Below are positions 7,979 to 17,242 of a DNA stretch of 64,000 nucleotides, in pieces. The position numbers and the translations under genes are program-made. The stretch covers positions 2,606-66,605 of the forward strand of contig CAJUQH010000009.1 of assembly GCA_910588095.1 (NCBI GenBank), in the 5' to 3' direction. The first letter of the stretch is position 1. The number at the start of each line of letters is the position of its first letter. The notes beneath the pieces are model-generated. The model worked only from the letters and a program-made list of their open reading frames with translations. It did not search any database and had not been told where the DNA came from. Origin of the DNA: an uncultured Eggerthellaceae bacterium (GTDB lineage Bacteria > Actinomycetota > Coriobacteriia > Coriobacteriales > Eggerthellaceae).

Positions 7979-8890
7979 ATGCTCGAACCGCTCGTGCGGG
8001 AATACCTGGCCTACCTGCGCATCGAGCGCGGCTGCTCGCCCCTTACCAGCGAAGCCTACGGGCGCGACCTGGCCGGCTACGCCGCCTTCCTCGAAGGATG
8101 CGGCATCGCCGAGCCGGCCGGCATCGACCGCGCCGTGCTGGTGGACTACGAGGCATCGCTGGTCGAGCAGGGCTTCGCGCCCACCACGGTGAAGCGCCGC
8201 GTGTCGGTGCTGAAGGGCTTCCACCGCTACCTGGTGCGCGAGGGCTACACCTCCAAGAACCCTGCCGACGCCGTGAGCCTGCCGAAGGTGCCCGAGCGCC
8301 TGCCCGACGTGCTGAGCATCGACGAGGTGGGCCGCATGCTGGACGCTCACATAGACCCCAGCCCCACGGGCCTGCGCGACCGCGCGCTGCTGGAAGTGCT
8401 CTACGGTTGCGGCCTGCGCGTGAGCGAAGCAGCCGGGCTCGACACGGGCGACGTGTTCATGGAGGAAGGCTTCGTGCGCGTGCTGGGCAAGGGCAGCAAA
8501 GAGCGCATCGCCCCCATCGCAGGGAAGGCCGCTGAGTGCCTGAGCGCCTACCTGGCCGAGGCGCGGCCGCCGCTCAGCCGCAAGGCGACCAAGGTGAAGC
8601 CGGCCGATGTGTCGGCCGTGTTCCTGAACGCGCGCGGCGGGCGCCTGACGCGCCAGAGCATCCACGCCATCGTGGCGAAGGCGGGCACCGCCATCGGCCG
8701 CGAGGGCCTGCACCCCCACACGCTGCGCCACTCATTCGCCACGCACATGCTCGAAGGCGGCGCCGACCTGCGCGTCATCCAGGAGATGCTGGGCCATTCC
8801 GACATATCCACCACCCAGATATACACCCACATCGATCGCAGCCACCTGCAAGCGGAATACGTGAGCGCCCACCCCCGCGCCAAGCGATAA
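7979..8890 (+). CDS. xerD: Site-specific tyrosine recombinase, XerC/XerD family
   Basis: 303 aa. 'HPHTLRHSFATHMLEGGADLRVIQEMLGHSDISTTQIYTH' contains the R..HxxR..Y catalytic pattern. XerC cannot be distinguished from XerD by eye. Confidence 0.8.
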   Translation: MLEPLVREYLAYLRIERGCSPLTSEAYGRDLAGYAAFLEGCGIAEPAGIDRAVLVDYEASLVEQGFAPTTVKRRVSVLKGFHRYLVREGYTSKNPADAVSLPKVPERLPDVLSIDEVGRMLDAHIDPSPTGLRDRALLEVLYGCGLRVSEAAGLDTGDVFMEEGFVRVLGKGSKERIAPIAGKAAECLSAYLAEARPPLSRKATKVKPADVSAVFLNARGGRLTRQSIHAIVAKAGTAIGREGLHPHTLRHSFATHMLEGGADLRVIQEMLGHSDISTTQIYTHIDRSHLQAEYVSAHPRAKR

Positions 8891-9167
8891 GGGCTTTGCC
8901 CCTCCCCCTCGGCGAAGCGCCAGCTTCGCGCGTGTCGAACGCCCAAGCGGCAGGGAAGGCCGAAGGCCGCCTCGCACGGCTCCCGCGCCCCCTTCCATCG
9001 CTTCCCGAACGAACCTCTCCGGCGAGCGCCTCGCGGGCGCAGCCCTCGGGCTCGGGCGCAAAAGCCGAGCATATGCCGCCCAGACCACATCCACCCCAAA
9101 ATACCGAACACGCGTTCTCTAACTGGGCATTTGTGGGGCCTTTTTGCGCAAAAGTGGCGCGTTGGTG

Positions 9168-9196
9168 TTGCTGGGTGGGGGAAAGTGGGGTAATAT
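9168..9196 (+). promoter_or_regulatory. Predicted dcw (mraZ) promoter: TTGCTG-N17-TAATAT
   Basis: Read directly. AAAGTGG heptamers at 9151..9157 and 9182..9188 bracket the -35. Confidence 0.5.
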
Positions 9197-9238
9197 GCAT
9201 CACGGACACCTTGCTGGAGTTTTGAAACGCACCACATA

Positions 9239-9256
9239 CCAAAACCAAAACCAAAA
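9239..9256. repeat. (CCAAAA)x3 tandem hexamer in the mraZ 5' leader
   Basis: Read directly. Confidence 0.9.
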
Positions 9257-9295
9257 CACTCCAGTGAACGCAGCTTGAGGAAGGGAGTGAATGGC

Positions 9296-9775
9296 GTGGC
9301 TTTGGCGATCACCGAAGTAGAATCTACCGTCGATGCGCCGCAGCGCGCTGTTGATCTCAACGGTGAATTCCACTTCAAAGTGGACGCTAAAGGCCGTGTC
9401 GCCCTTCCCGCAAAATTCCGCAAGGTGCTCTCGAAGGACCTCGTGGTCACCACGGATCCCAAGGCGGAATGCATCTACGTGTTCCAGGTGGATGACTTCA
9501 ACGCATGGGTCGAGCAGCTGTTCGCCGACAAGTTCGACGGCTACAACGCCACCGACCCCGTGCACGTTGCCCTCCGGCGCAAGCTGAAGGCCAGCGCGCG
9601 CGACGTGGAAGTGGACGCCCAGGGCCGCATCATGCTGGCGCCTGAGATTCGCGAGCGGGCCGCCATCGACCGCGAAGTGGCGGTCATCGGCAACACGGGG
9701 CGCTTCGAGATATGGGATGCGAAGCGTTACGAGCAGATGGACGAGGAAGTCGATCTGTCGCTGTTCTACAGCTAG
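9296..9775 (+). CDS. mraZ: Transcriptional regulator MraZ
   Basis: 'DAKGRVALPAKFR' and a second SpoVT/AbrB-like half 'DAQGRIMLAPEIR'. The ORF opens at TTG 9275; GTG 9296 has the best RBS spacing (GGAAGGGAG). Confidence 0.85.
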   Translation: MALAITEVESTVDAPQRAVDLNGEFHFKVDAKGRVALPAKFRKVLSKDLVVTTDPKAECIYVFQVDDFNAWVEQLFADKFDGYNATDPVHVALRRKLKASARDVEVDAQGRIMLAPEIRERAAIDREVAVIGNTGRFEIWDAKRYEQMDEEVDLSLFYS

Positions 9776-9809
9776 GCCGCAGGCCCGGCAGGACGGCTCA
9801 TCGTAAGAC

Positions 9810-10775
9810 GTGAGCGAAGTGACAAGCGAATATCGGCATATTCCGGTCTTGCAGGCCGAGTGCCTCGAACAACTGCAGCTCAAACCTAACTCGACGTTCG
9901 TGGATGCAACACTCGGCTTTGCAGGACATTCTTTTCAAGCGGCCCAACAACTCGGCTTAGACGGGCTGCTCATCGGAATCGATCAGGACACCGAGGCACT
10001 CGCCGCGGCCCAGCGCAAGCTGGCCGCCCTGCCCGAGCCCGGCGGCCCGCGCATCAAGCTGCTGCATGGCAACTTCGGCGCACTGGACGACCTGCTCGTG
10101 GGATGCACCATCCCCGGCATCGACGCCATCTTGTTCGACCTGGGGGTCTCCTCAGTCCAGATCGACACGCCAGAGAGGGGCTTCGCCTTCAAGGAGAAGG
10201 CCCCCTTGGACATGCGCATGGATCCGAGCACACAGACACTAACCGCAGCAGAGGTCGTCAACACCTACAACGCAGCAGACCTCGCTCGGATCATACGCGC
10301 CTATTCCGACGAAAAGTGGGCAAGCAGGATAGCTGACTTCATCGTGAGCGCCCGGCAGGAGCGGCCCTTCGCCACCAGCGATCAGCTGGTAGAGGTGGTG
10401 AAGGCGGCCATACCCGCCTCGGCGCGCCGGGCCGGCGGCCACCCCGCGAAGCGCACGTTCCAAGCGTTGCGCATAGAGGTGAACGCCGAGCTGGACGTGC
10501 TCAGGCGCGGGCTCGACGCGGCCATACGCTGGCTGAACCCCGGCGGCCGCATCGTGGTGATGAGCTATCACTCGCTGGAGGACCGCATCGTGAAAGACGC
10601 CTTCCAGCGCATGTCCGACCGTTGCACCTGCCCGCCGGACCTTCCGGTGTGCACGTGCGGGAAGCAGCCGGTACTCGACTTGGTCACGCGCAAGCCGCTC
10701 ATGGCCAGCCCAGAGGAGGTCGAACGCAACCCTCGCGCCCGCAGCGCCAAGCTGCGCGTGGCGCAGAAGCGCTGA
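9810..10775 (+). CDS. rsmH: 16S rRNA (cytosine1402-N4)-methyltransferase
   Basis: 'DATLGFAGHS', 'DLGVSSVQID', and its position after mraZ. Confidence 0.9.
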   Translation: MSEVTSEYRHIPVLQAECLEQLQLKPNSTFVDATLGFAGHSFQAAQQLGLDGLLIGIDQDTEALAAAQRKLAALPEPGGPRIKLLHGNFGALDDLLVGCTIPGIDAILFDLGVSSVQIDTPERGFAFKEKAPLDMRMDPSTQTLTAAEVVNTYNAADLARIIRAYSDEKWASRIADFIVSARQERPFATSDQLVEVVKAAIPASARRAGGHPAKRTFQALRIEVNAELDVLRRGLDAAIRWLNPGGRIVVMSYHSLEDRIVKDAFQRMSDRCTCPPDLPVCTCGKQPVLDLVTRKPLMASPEEVERNPRARSAKLRVAQKR

Positions 10776-10873
10776 CGGAGGCCGCGCCCTGCGCGCCAGG
10801 CTGCCCGAGGCGCCTTGCAAGATAGAACAGAACGGGCCGACGCACGATAAACGAACCCAGGAAGGCCGCACCT

Positions 10874-11344
10874 ATGTCCGCCGCACCTGCTTTTGACTAC
10901 TCATACTTCCAGCCCGCCCCGGCTTCGATGCCGGCGCCTTCGCGCGGGCTGCGCCCCGATGTGCGCTTCAACGCCAACCCCGACGCGCGGCCGGGCACGA
11001 GTCCGCTCGTGGTGGGCGCCCGCATCGCAGCGGTGGTGCTAGTGCTCATGGCGGCGCTGTGCATGGCGCGGCTGGCCCTCACCTCGGCGACCGTGGCCAC
11101 AGCCATCGAGAACCAGCAGATATCCAACAGCATCGACGCTGCCCGCACCGAGGGCAGCTCGCTCGAGATCAACCAGAGCAAGCTCTCTGCCCCGGCGCGC
11201 ATCAAGGACACCGCCACCGAGATGGGCATGGCGGCGCCGAGCCGCGTCATGATGATCGACCTTTCCGGCGACGTGGTGGTCACCGATCAGGCGGGGAATC
11301 TGTCTTTATCGGGGAGCGTGGCCGCCGTAGCGCAGAACGCCTAG
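10874..11344 (+). CDS. ftsL: FtsL-like cell division membrane protein
   Basis: 156 aa with a single TM (IAAVVLVLMAALCMARL), in the position between rsmH and ftsI. Confidence 0.6.
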   Translation: MSAAPAFDYSYFQPAPASMPAPSRGLRPDVRFNANPDARPGTSPLVVGARIAAVVLVLMAALCMARLALTSATVATAIENQQISNSIDAARTEGSSLEINQSKLSAPARIKDTATEMGMAAPSRVMMIDLSGDVVVTDQAGNLSLSGSVAAVAQNA

Positions 11345-11366
11345 GCGAAGGGGCTACACTGGTCCC

Positions 11367-13130
11367 ATGGCGCAAGGCGACGGCAAAAAGCAAGGCAGCA
11401 ACGTAGGCGGGGCCTTCCGCAAGGCGGCGCAGCCCGTGGTCGATGGCGTGTCGTCGGTGCTCACGTTCGTGGGCGACGGCCGCATCAAGGTGCTGTGCGG
11501 CGTGTTCCTGGCCGTCGCGGCCATCTTCTTGGCGCGCTTGCTGTTCTTGCAGGTGATCATGGCCGACACCTATTCCGCCATGGCCGAGGAGTCGCGCACC
11601 ATTAGCTTCACCACCACGCCGCGCCGCGGCACCATCTACGACCGCAACGGGCTCGTGCTGGCCACGAGCGTGGAGGCCAAGACCATCTACGCCAACCCCG
11701 CCGAGGTGACCGATGCCGACGCGGCGGCCCAGAAGCTGGCCGACATCCTGGGCGGCGAGAAGGAAGACTACAAGAAGAAGCTCACGCTGGACGAGACCAC
11801 CTTCGTCTACCTCAGGCGCCAGGCCGACCTCGAGCTGGCCAATCGCGTCAAGGACCAGCAGATAGACGGCGTGTACTTCATCGACGACACGCGCCGCGAG
11901 TACCCCAACGGCGCCATAGGCGGCCAGGTCATCGGCTTCTGCAACGTCGACGGCGAGGGCATAACCGGCCTCGAGCTGCAATACGACGAGATACTGAAGG
12001 GAACGCCCGGCGTCTACGTGGCCGAGCGCGGCGAGACGGGCACCCCCATCCCCGGCGGCGTGCGCGAGCAGACCCCCGCCCAAGATGGCGAGGACATCGT
12101 GATATCGCTGGACGTGAAGCTGCAGGAGGTGGTGGAGAACCGCCTGAAGGAAGAGGCCGAGCGCCTTTCCACCGAAAGCGGCAGCGCCGTGGTCATGGAC
12201 GGCGCCAACGGCGAGATCTACGCCATCTGCTCGCTGCCCTACATGGATCCCACCAACATGGAGGAGAGTGAGAAGGGCTCTGACCAGGTGGCCGCCATCA
12301 CGCAGGTGATGGAGCCGGGCTCGGTGTTCAAGACGGTCACGGCGCTTTCGGTGCGCGAGCACGACGTGATGAGCACCGAGGACGTGCTGTTCTGCCCCGC
12401 CACGCTGAAGGCGAACGACTACGAGGTGAGCGACGCCCGCGAGCGCGGCGACACCGAATACAGCCTGCGCGAGATCATCGCGAAGTCGTCGAACGTGGGC
12501 ATATCGCTGGCGGCTGAGAAGCTGGGCTTCTCGAACCTGTACGAGGCCATCCTGAAGTACAACCTCACCGAGCGCACGGGCGTGGACTACCCCGGCGAGA
12601 TGGCCGGCTACCTGCAGGACTTCAACAACTGGGGCCGCATCGTGGGCTACAACGTGAGCTTCGGCCAGGGCATATCGGTGACGCCCTTGCAGATGGTGCG
12701 CTTCTACGGCGCGCTGGCCAACGGCGGCATAGAGGTGACGCCGCATTTCCTCATGTACAAGCCGCAGTCCGACGAGCGCCCCGTGTACGCCGTCGAGCGC
12801 GTGTGCTTCGACGAGCAGGCCATGGAAGACACCATATCCATGCTGCGCAGCGTGGTGACCGACGGTACGGGCAAGGCGGCCGACGTGCCGAACTACGAGG
12901 TGGTGGGCAAGACCTCCACGGCCGAGATCGCTTCGTCGGGCACGTACCTGGAAGACACCTACAACCTGTGCTTCGCGGGGTTCATAGCCCATTCGTCGAG
13001 CAAGCTGGTCACGTTCATGTCGGCCAACAACGTGGGCATCGACTCGTCGGTGACCGGCGCGGTGGGCGATATAATGTCGCATATAGTCGAGCAGTACAAC
13101 GTCGTGCAGTACGACGTGGGCCAGCTGTAG
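11367..13130 (+). CDS. ftsI: Penicillin-binding protein 2 / FtsI-type transpeptidase
   Basis: SxxK 'SVFK', SxN 'SSN', KTG-like 'KTS', and an N-terminal TM. Confidence 0.9.
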   Translation: MAQGDGKKQGSNVGGAFRKAAQPVVDGVSSVLTFVGDGRIKVLCGVFLAVAAIFLARLLFLQVIMADTYSAMAEESRTISFTTTPRRGTIYDRNGLVLATSVEAKTIYANPAEVTDADAAAQKLADILGGEKEDYKKKLTLDETTFVYLRRQADLELANRVKDQQIDGVYFIDDTRREYPNGAIGGQVIGFCNVDGEGITGLELQYDEILKGTPGVYVAERGETGTPIPGGVREQTPAQDGEDIVISLDVKLQEVVENRLKEEAERLSTESGSAVVMDGANGEIYAICSLPYMDPTNMEESEKGSDQVAAITQVMEPGSVFKTVTALSVREHDVMSTEDVLFCPATLKANDYEVSDARERGDTEYSLREIIAKSSNVGISLAAEKLGFSNLYEAILKYNLTERTGVDYPGEMAGYLQDFNNWGRIVGYNVSFGQGISVTPLQMVRFYGALANGGIEVTPHFLMYKPQSDERPVYAVERVCFDEQAMEDTISMLRSVVTDGTGKAADVPNYEVVGKTSTAEIASSGTYLEDTYNLCFAGFIAHSSSKLVTFMSANNVGIDSSVTGAVGDIMSHIVEQYNVVQYDVGQL

Positions 13131-13170
13131 CCGAGAAGCCGCGGCGGGCATTCGAGAGGGGCGGGAGCGC

Positions 13171-14646
13171 ATGACCAAGACCTGTGGCGAGCTGTTTGAG
13201 GGCTACGAGGCCACCATACTGGGCGATGCGGCCGAGCCGGTGCGCGGGTTGGCCTATCGCAGCGACTGCGTGGAGCCGGGCGACCTGTTCTTCTGCATCG
13301 TGGGGCTGGTGGCCGACGGCCATACCTTCGCCCAAGACGCCATCGACCACGGCGCCAAGACCCTGGTGGTGGAGCGCGTGCCGCACCTGGCCGATTCCAC
13401 CGACGTGACCGAGGTGGTGGTGGCCGACAGCCGCCGGGCCATGGCCTACGCCTCGGCGCGCTTCTACGACAACCCCTCCGATGCCTTCAAGCTGGTGGGC
13501 ATCACGGGCACCAACGGCAAGACCACCACCACGTACCTGGTGGAGCACATCGCACGGGCGGCGGGCGACCTCACCGGCGTCATAGGCACCGTGGGCGTGC
13601 AGATCGGCGACGAGCGCGTGGCCAGCAGCCACACCACCCCCGAATCGCCTGACCTGCAGGCCATCATGGCGCGCATGCGCGATGCGGGCTGCAACGTGGT
13701 GGCCATGGAGGTGAGCTCGCACGCTCTTGACCTCGAGCGCGTGTGGGGGCTCAGCTTCGCCGTGACGGCGTTCACCAACCTCACCCAGGACCACCTGGAC
13801 TACCACAAGACCTTCGACGCCTACTTCGAGGCCAAGGCGCTGCTGTTCGGCGAGGACTACCCGGCGCGGCGCGTGGTGAGCATCGAGGACGAATGGGGCC
13901 GCAGCCTGGCGCGCCGCTGCGCCGAGGCGGGCGACGAGGTGCTGACCACCGGCTTCTCGCCCGAGGCCGACATCCACCCGTTGGGCGTGGATTACGGCGC
14001 CACCGCCACCACGGTGCAGCTGGCCGTGGGGCCGGCCGGGCGCACGCTGGAGATAACGTACCCCCTGGTGGGGCGCTTCAACGTGGAGAACGTCATGACC
14101 GCCTTCGCCTGCGGGATGCAGCTGGGCATCGAGCCCGACGCCATCGCCGCGGCCCTGGCCGACGTGCCGCCGGTGCCGGGGCGCCTGCAGCGGGTGGGCG
14201 GCGAGGGCGACGTGCCCGTGTACGTTGACTACGCCCACACCCCCGACGCCCTGGAGAAGGCCATCGCCTCGGTGCGTGCGCTGGGGCAGGGGCGCACGCT
14301 GGTGGTGTTCGGCTGCGGCGGCAACCGCGACCGCGGCAAGCGCCCGCTCATGGGCGCGGCGGCGCTGACCGCCGACTACGCCGTGGTGACGAGCGACAAC
14401 CCGCGGGACGAGGCGCCCGAGGCCATCATCGAGGACATCGTGGGCGGCATGGCCGACGAGGGCCGCTACGAGGTGGTGCCCGACCGCCGGGCCGCCATCG
14501 AGCGCGCCATAGCCCTGGCCGGCCCCGGCGATTTCGTGCTCATAGCGGGCAAGGGCCACGAGGACTACCAGGTGCTGAACGGCCAGACCATCCACTTCGA
14601 CGACTGCGAGGTGGCGGCCGAGGCCCTGCGGAAGGCGGCGAGCTGA
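13171..14646 (+). CDS. murE: UDP-N-acetylmuramoyl-L-alanyl-D-glutamate--2,6-diaminopimelate ligase
   Basis: 'GITGTNGKTTTTYL' and the 'DNPR' motif. Confidence 0.9.
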   Translation: MTKTCGELFEGYEATILGDAAEPVRGLAYRSDCVEPGDLFFCIVGLVADGHTFAQDAIDHGAKTLVVERVPHLADSTDVTEVVVADSRRAMAYASARFYDNPSDAFKLVGITGTNGKTTTTYLVEHIARAAGDLTGVIGTVGVQIGDERVASSHTTPESPDLQAIMARMRDAGCNVVAMEVSSHALDLERVWGLSFAVTAFTNLTQDHLDYHKTFDAYFEAKALLFGEDYPARRVVSIEDEWGRSLARRCAEAGDEVLTTGFSPEADIHPLGVDYGATATTVQLAVGPAGRTLEITYPLVGRFNVENVMTAFACGMQLGIEPDAIAAALADVPPVPGRLQRVGGEGDVPVYVDYAHTPDALEKAIASVRALGQGRTLVVFGCGGNRDRGKRPLMGAAALTADYAVVTSDNPRDEAPEAIIEDIVGGMADEGRYEVVPDRRAAIERAIALAGPGDFVLIAGKGHEDYQVLNGQTIHFDDCEVAAEALRKAAS

Positions 14647-14649
14647 CCT

Positions 14650-16173
14650 GTGCTGCTGAACTCAAAGCAGGTATGCGAATACACGGGCGGCCAGTTCCTG
14701 GCGCGGCCCATAGACCCTTCGGCGCTGTTCACGGGCATAAGCTGGGACTCGCGCGACATCCAGCCCGACTGGCTGTACGTGGCGCTGCCCGGCGAGCGGG
14801 CGGACGGCCATGACTTCGTCGTGGCGGCCCTGCGCAAGGGGGCTCGCGGCGCGCTGGTGACCGAAGCGCCCGACGCGGCCTGCATGACGCTGGCCCGCGA
14901 GCTGGGGGCGGCCATCATCGAGGTGCCCAACACCGCCCACGCCCTCACCGACCTGGCGCGCGCCTGGCGCAGCCACCTGAAGTGCACGGTGGTGGGCCTG
15001 ACCGGCTCGACGGGCAAGACCACGACGAAGAACCTGCTGCGCGACGTGCTGGGCGCCCGCTTCTCGGTGGTGGCCACGCGCGCGAACCAGAACAACGAGC
15101 TGGGCGTGCCCAACACGCTGCTGGCGGCCGACCCCTCCACCGAAGTGGTGGTGGTGGAGATGGGCATGCGCGGCGCGGGCCAGATAGCCGAGCTGTGCGC
15201 CATGGTGCGCCCCGATGTGGGCGTGGTCACCAACGTGGGCGAGTCGCACATCGAGCTGCTGGGCAGCCGCGAGGCCATCGCCCGCGCGAAGGGCGAGCTG
15301 TTCGAGGCGCTGCCGGCGGGCACGGGCCGGGCGGTGGTGAACGCCGCCGACCCCATGAGCCTGACCGCTGCGGAAGGGGCCAGCCTGGCCGCCCGCGGCG
15401 TGACCACGGTGCTCTACGACGGCTCGGGCCAGGCCAGCGCCGACGATGCGCCGGTCGCTGCGGCCCTGGGCGCTTCCGAGCACGTGTGGGCCGAGGACGT
15501 GCGGCTCGACGAGGAGGGCCGCCCGTCGTTCACGCTGTGCGCCGTGGGCTTCGACGAGGAGTCGAACGGCCGCACCGCTGCGCAGGAGACGCTGTTCGAC
15601 CGCATACCCGAGCGCTGTCCTTGCACGGTGGGGCTCCAGGGGCTGCATAACGTGGCCAACGCCTGCGCCGCTGCCTCGGTGGCTCGCAGCCTGGGCATGC
15701 CGCTGCCCCAGATAGCCGCCGCCTTGGCCGAGGCGCTGCCCGAGAGCGGCCGCCAGGAGGTGCTGCGCGCGCGCAATGGCGCCACGGTTGTCAACGACGC
15801 CTACAACGCCAACCCTGATTCCATGCGGGCCTCACTGGCCACGTTCTGCGCTCGCCAGGTGCGCGGGGCGCGCTACGCGGTGCTGGGCGACATGGGCGAG
15901 CTGGGCAGCTATGCCGACGCCTGCCATCGGGCCGTGGGAGCCTACGCCGCCTCTTGCGGGCTCGATTGGCTCGTATGCGTGGGCGAGCTGGCGGCGCTCA
16001 TCGCCGAAGGGGCGCGCCAAGGGGGCTTCCCCCACGATAGAATACTGTCGGCGCAGACAGTCGCCGACGTGCTGGAGATCCTGGATGCGCGTTTGGAGCC
16101 CGACGATGCGGTGCTGGTGAAGGCATCGCACTTCATGGGCCTGACGCGCGTGGTCGAGGGGTTGGTCAACTGA
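14650..16173 (+). CDS. murF: UDP-N-acetylmuramoyl-tripeptide--D-alanyl-D-alanine ligase
   Basis: 'GLTGSTGKTTTKNL' and dcw position. Confidence 0.9.
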   Translation: MLLNSKQVCEYTGGQFLARPIDPSALFTGISWDSRDIQPDWLYVALPGERADGHDFVVAALRKGARGALVTEAPDAACMTLARELGAAIIEVPNTAHALTDLARAWRSHLKCTVVGLTGSTGKTTTKNLLRDVLGARFSVVATRANQNNELGVPNTLLAADPSTEVVVVEMGMRGAGQIAELCAMVRPDVGVVTNVGESHIELLGSREAIARAKGELFEALPAGTGRAVVNAADPMSLTAAEGASLAARGVTTVLYDGSGQASADDAPVAAALGASEHVWAEDVRLDEEGRPSFTLCAVGFDEESNGRTAAQETLFDRIPERCPCTVGLQGLHNVANACAAASVARSLGMPLPQIAAALAEALPESGRQEVLRARNGATVVNDAYNANPDSMRASLATFCARQVRGARYAVLGDMGELGSYADACHRAVGAYAASCGLDWLVCVGELAALIAEGARQGGFPHDRILSAQTVADVLEILDARLEPDDAVLVKASHFMGLTRVVEGLVN

Positions 16174-16174
16174 T

Positions 16175-17221
16175 ATGTTCGCAGGTTTCGCCCAATATCC
16201 CACCTTCTTGGTGTTCTTGGCGGTGTTGCTCTCGCTCGTGCTGACGGTGGCGCTCATGCCCCCGTTCATCAAGCTGCTGCGCCGCGCTCAGATAGGCCAG
16301 CAGGTTCGCGATGACGGCCCTCAGACCCACCTGGTCAAGCAGGGCACGCCCACCATGGGCGGCGTGGTCATGCTGCTGGCGGTGGCCATCACGGCGCTGC
16401 TCGTGGGCGTGCCGGTGCCCGAGACGTACCTTCTGCTGGCGGCCATCGTGCTCACCGGGGCGCTCGGGTTGTTCGACGACGTGTCCAAGGTGGCGCACGA
16501 GCGCTCGCTGGGGCTGACCCCCAAGGCCAAGCTGGTAGGCCAGACGCTCATCGCCGGCGCCTTCGTGCTGGTGGCGGTGAACGTGCTGGGCGTGCCGCCC
16601 ACGGTGGAGATCCCCTTCGTCTACACCTTCGACCTGGGCGTGCTCACCACGGTGCTGCCCATAGGCGACGGCTTCAGCATCCCGTGGCTGTACTTGGTGT
16701 TCTGCCTGGTGTTGCTGGTGGGCCTGTGCAACGCGGTGAACCTCACCGATGGCCTGGACGGCCTGGCGGCGGGCACGGTCATGATAGTCATGGTGGTCAT
16801 GGCGGCCATCGCCTACCGCTCCGATGCCATCGAGCCCGCCATCATCGCGGCGGCCATCGCCGGCGCCTGCATCGGCTTTTTGTGGTTCAACTCGTTCCCG
16901 GCTGACATATTCATGGGCGACACCGGCTCGCTGGCCTTGGGCATGGCGCTCGGGTGCCTGGCAGTGCTGACCAAGACCGAGTTCGTGGTCATCATCATAG
17001 GCGGCCTGTTCGTGGCCGAGGCGCTCTCGGTCATGCTGCAGGTGTTCTACTACAAGCGCACCAAGAAGCGCATATTCCTCATGGCCCCGTTGCACCATCA
17101 CTTCGAGAAGAAGGGCTGGAGCGAGACGAAGGTGGTCGTGCGGTTCTGGATCATATCGGGCATGCTGGCGTCTCTGGGCTTCGTGCTGTACTTCGCCGAG
17201 TCCATGGCAGCCGTGGCCTAG
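16175..17221 (+). CDS. mraY: Phospho-N-acetylmuramoyl-pentapeptide transferase
   Basis: 'NAVNLTDGLDGLA', polytopic membrane protein. Confidence 0.9.
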   Translation: MFAGFAQYPTFLVFLAVLLSLVLTVALMPPFIKLLRRAQIGQQVRDDGPQTHLVKQGTPTMGGVVMLLAVAITALLVGVPVPETYLLLAAIVLTGALGLFDDVSKVAHERSLGLTPKAKLVGQTLIAGAFVLVAVNVLGVPPTVEIPFVYTFDLGVLTTVLPIGDGFSIPWLYLVFCLVLLVGLCNAVNLTDGLDGLAAGTVMIVMVVMAAIAYRSDAIEPAIIAAAIAGACIGFLWFNSFPADIFMGDTGSLALGMALGCLAVLTKTEFVVIIIGGLFVAEALSVMLQVFYYKRTKKRIFLMAPLHHHFEKKGWSETKVVVRFWIISGMLASLGFVLYFAESMAAVA

Positions 17222-17242
17222 GGGAAAGGGAAGGGGGCGCCC

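Noticed and set aside
8891-9274. ORFs 8536..9225 (+), 8548..9474 (-) and 8775..9254 (-) in the xerD-mraZ spacer.
   Set aside because: No motifs and biased composition. The region is better explained as the dcw promoter and leader.
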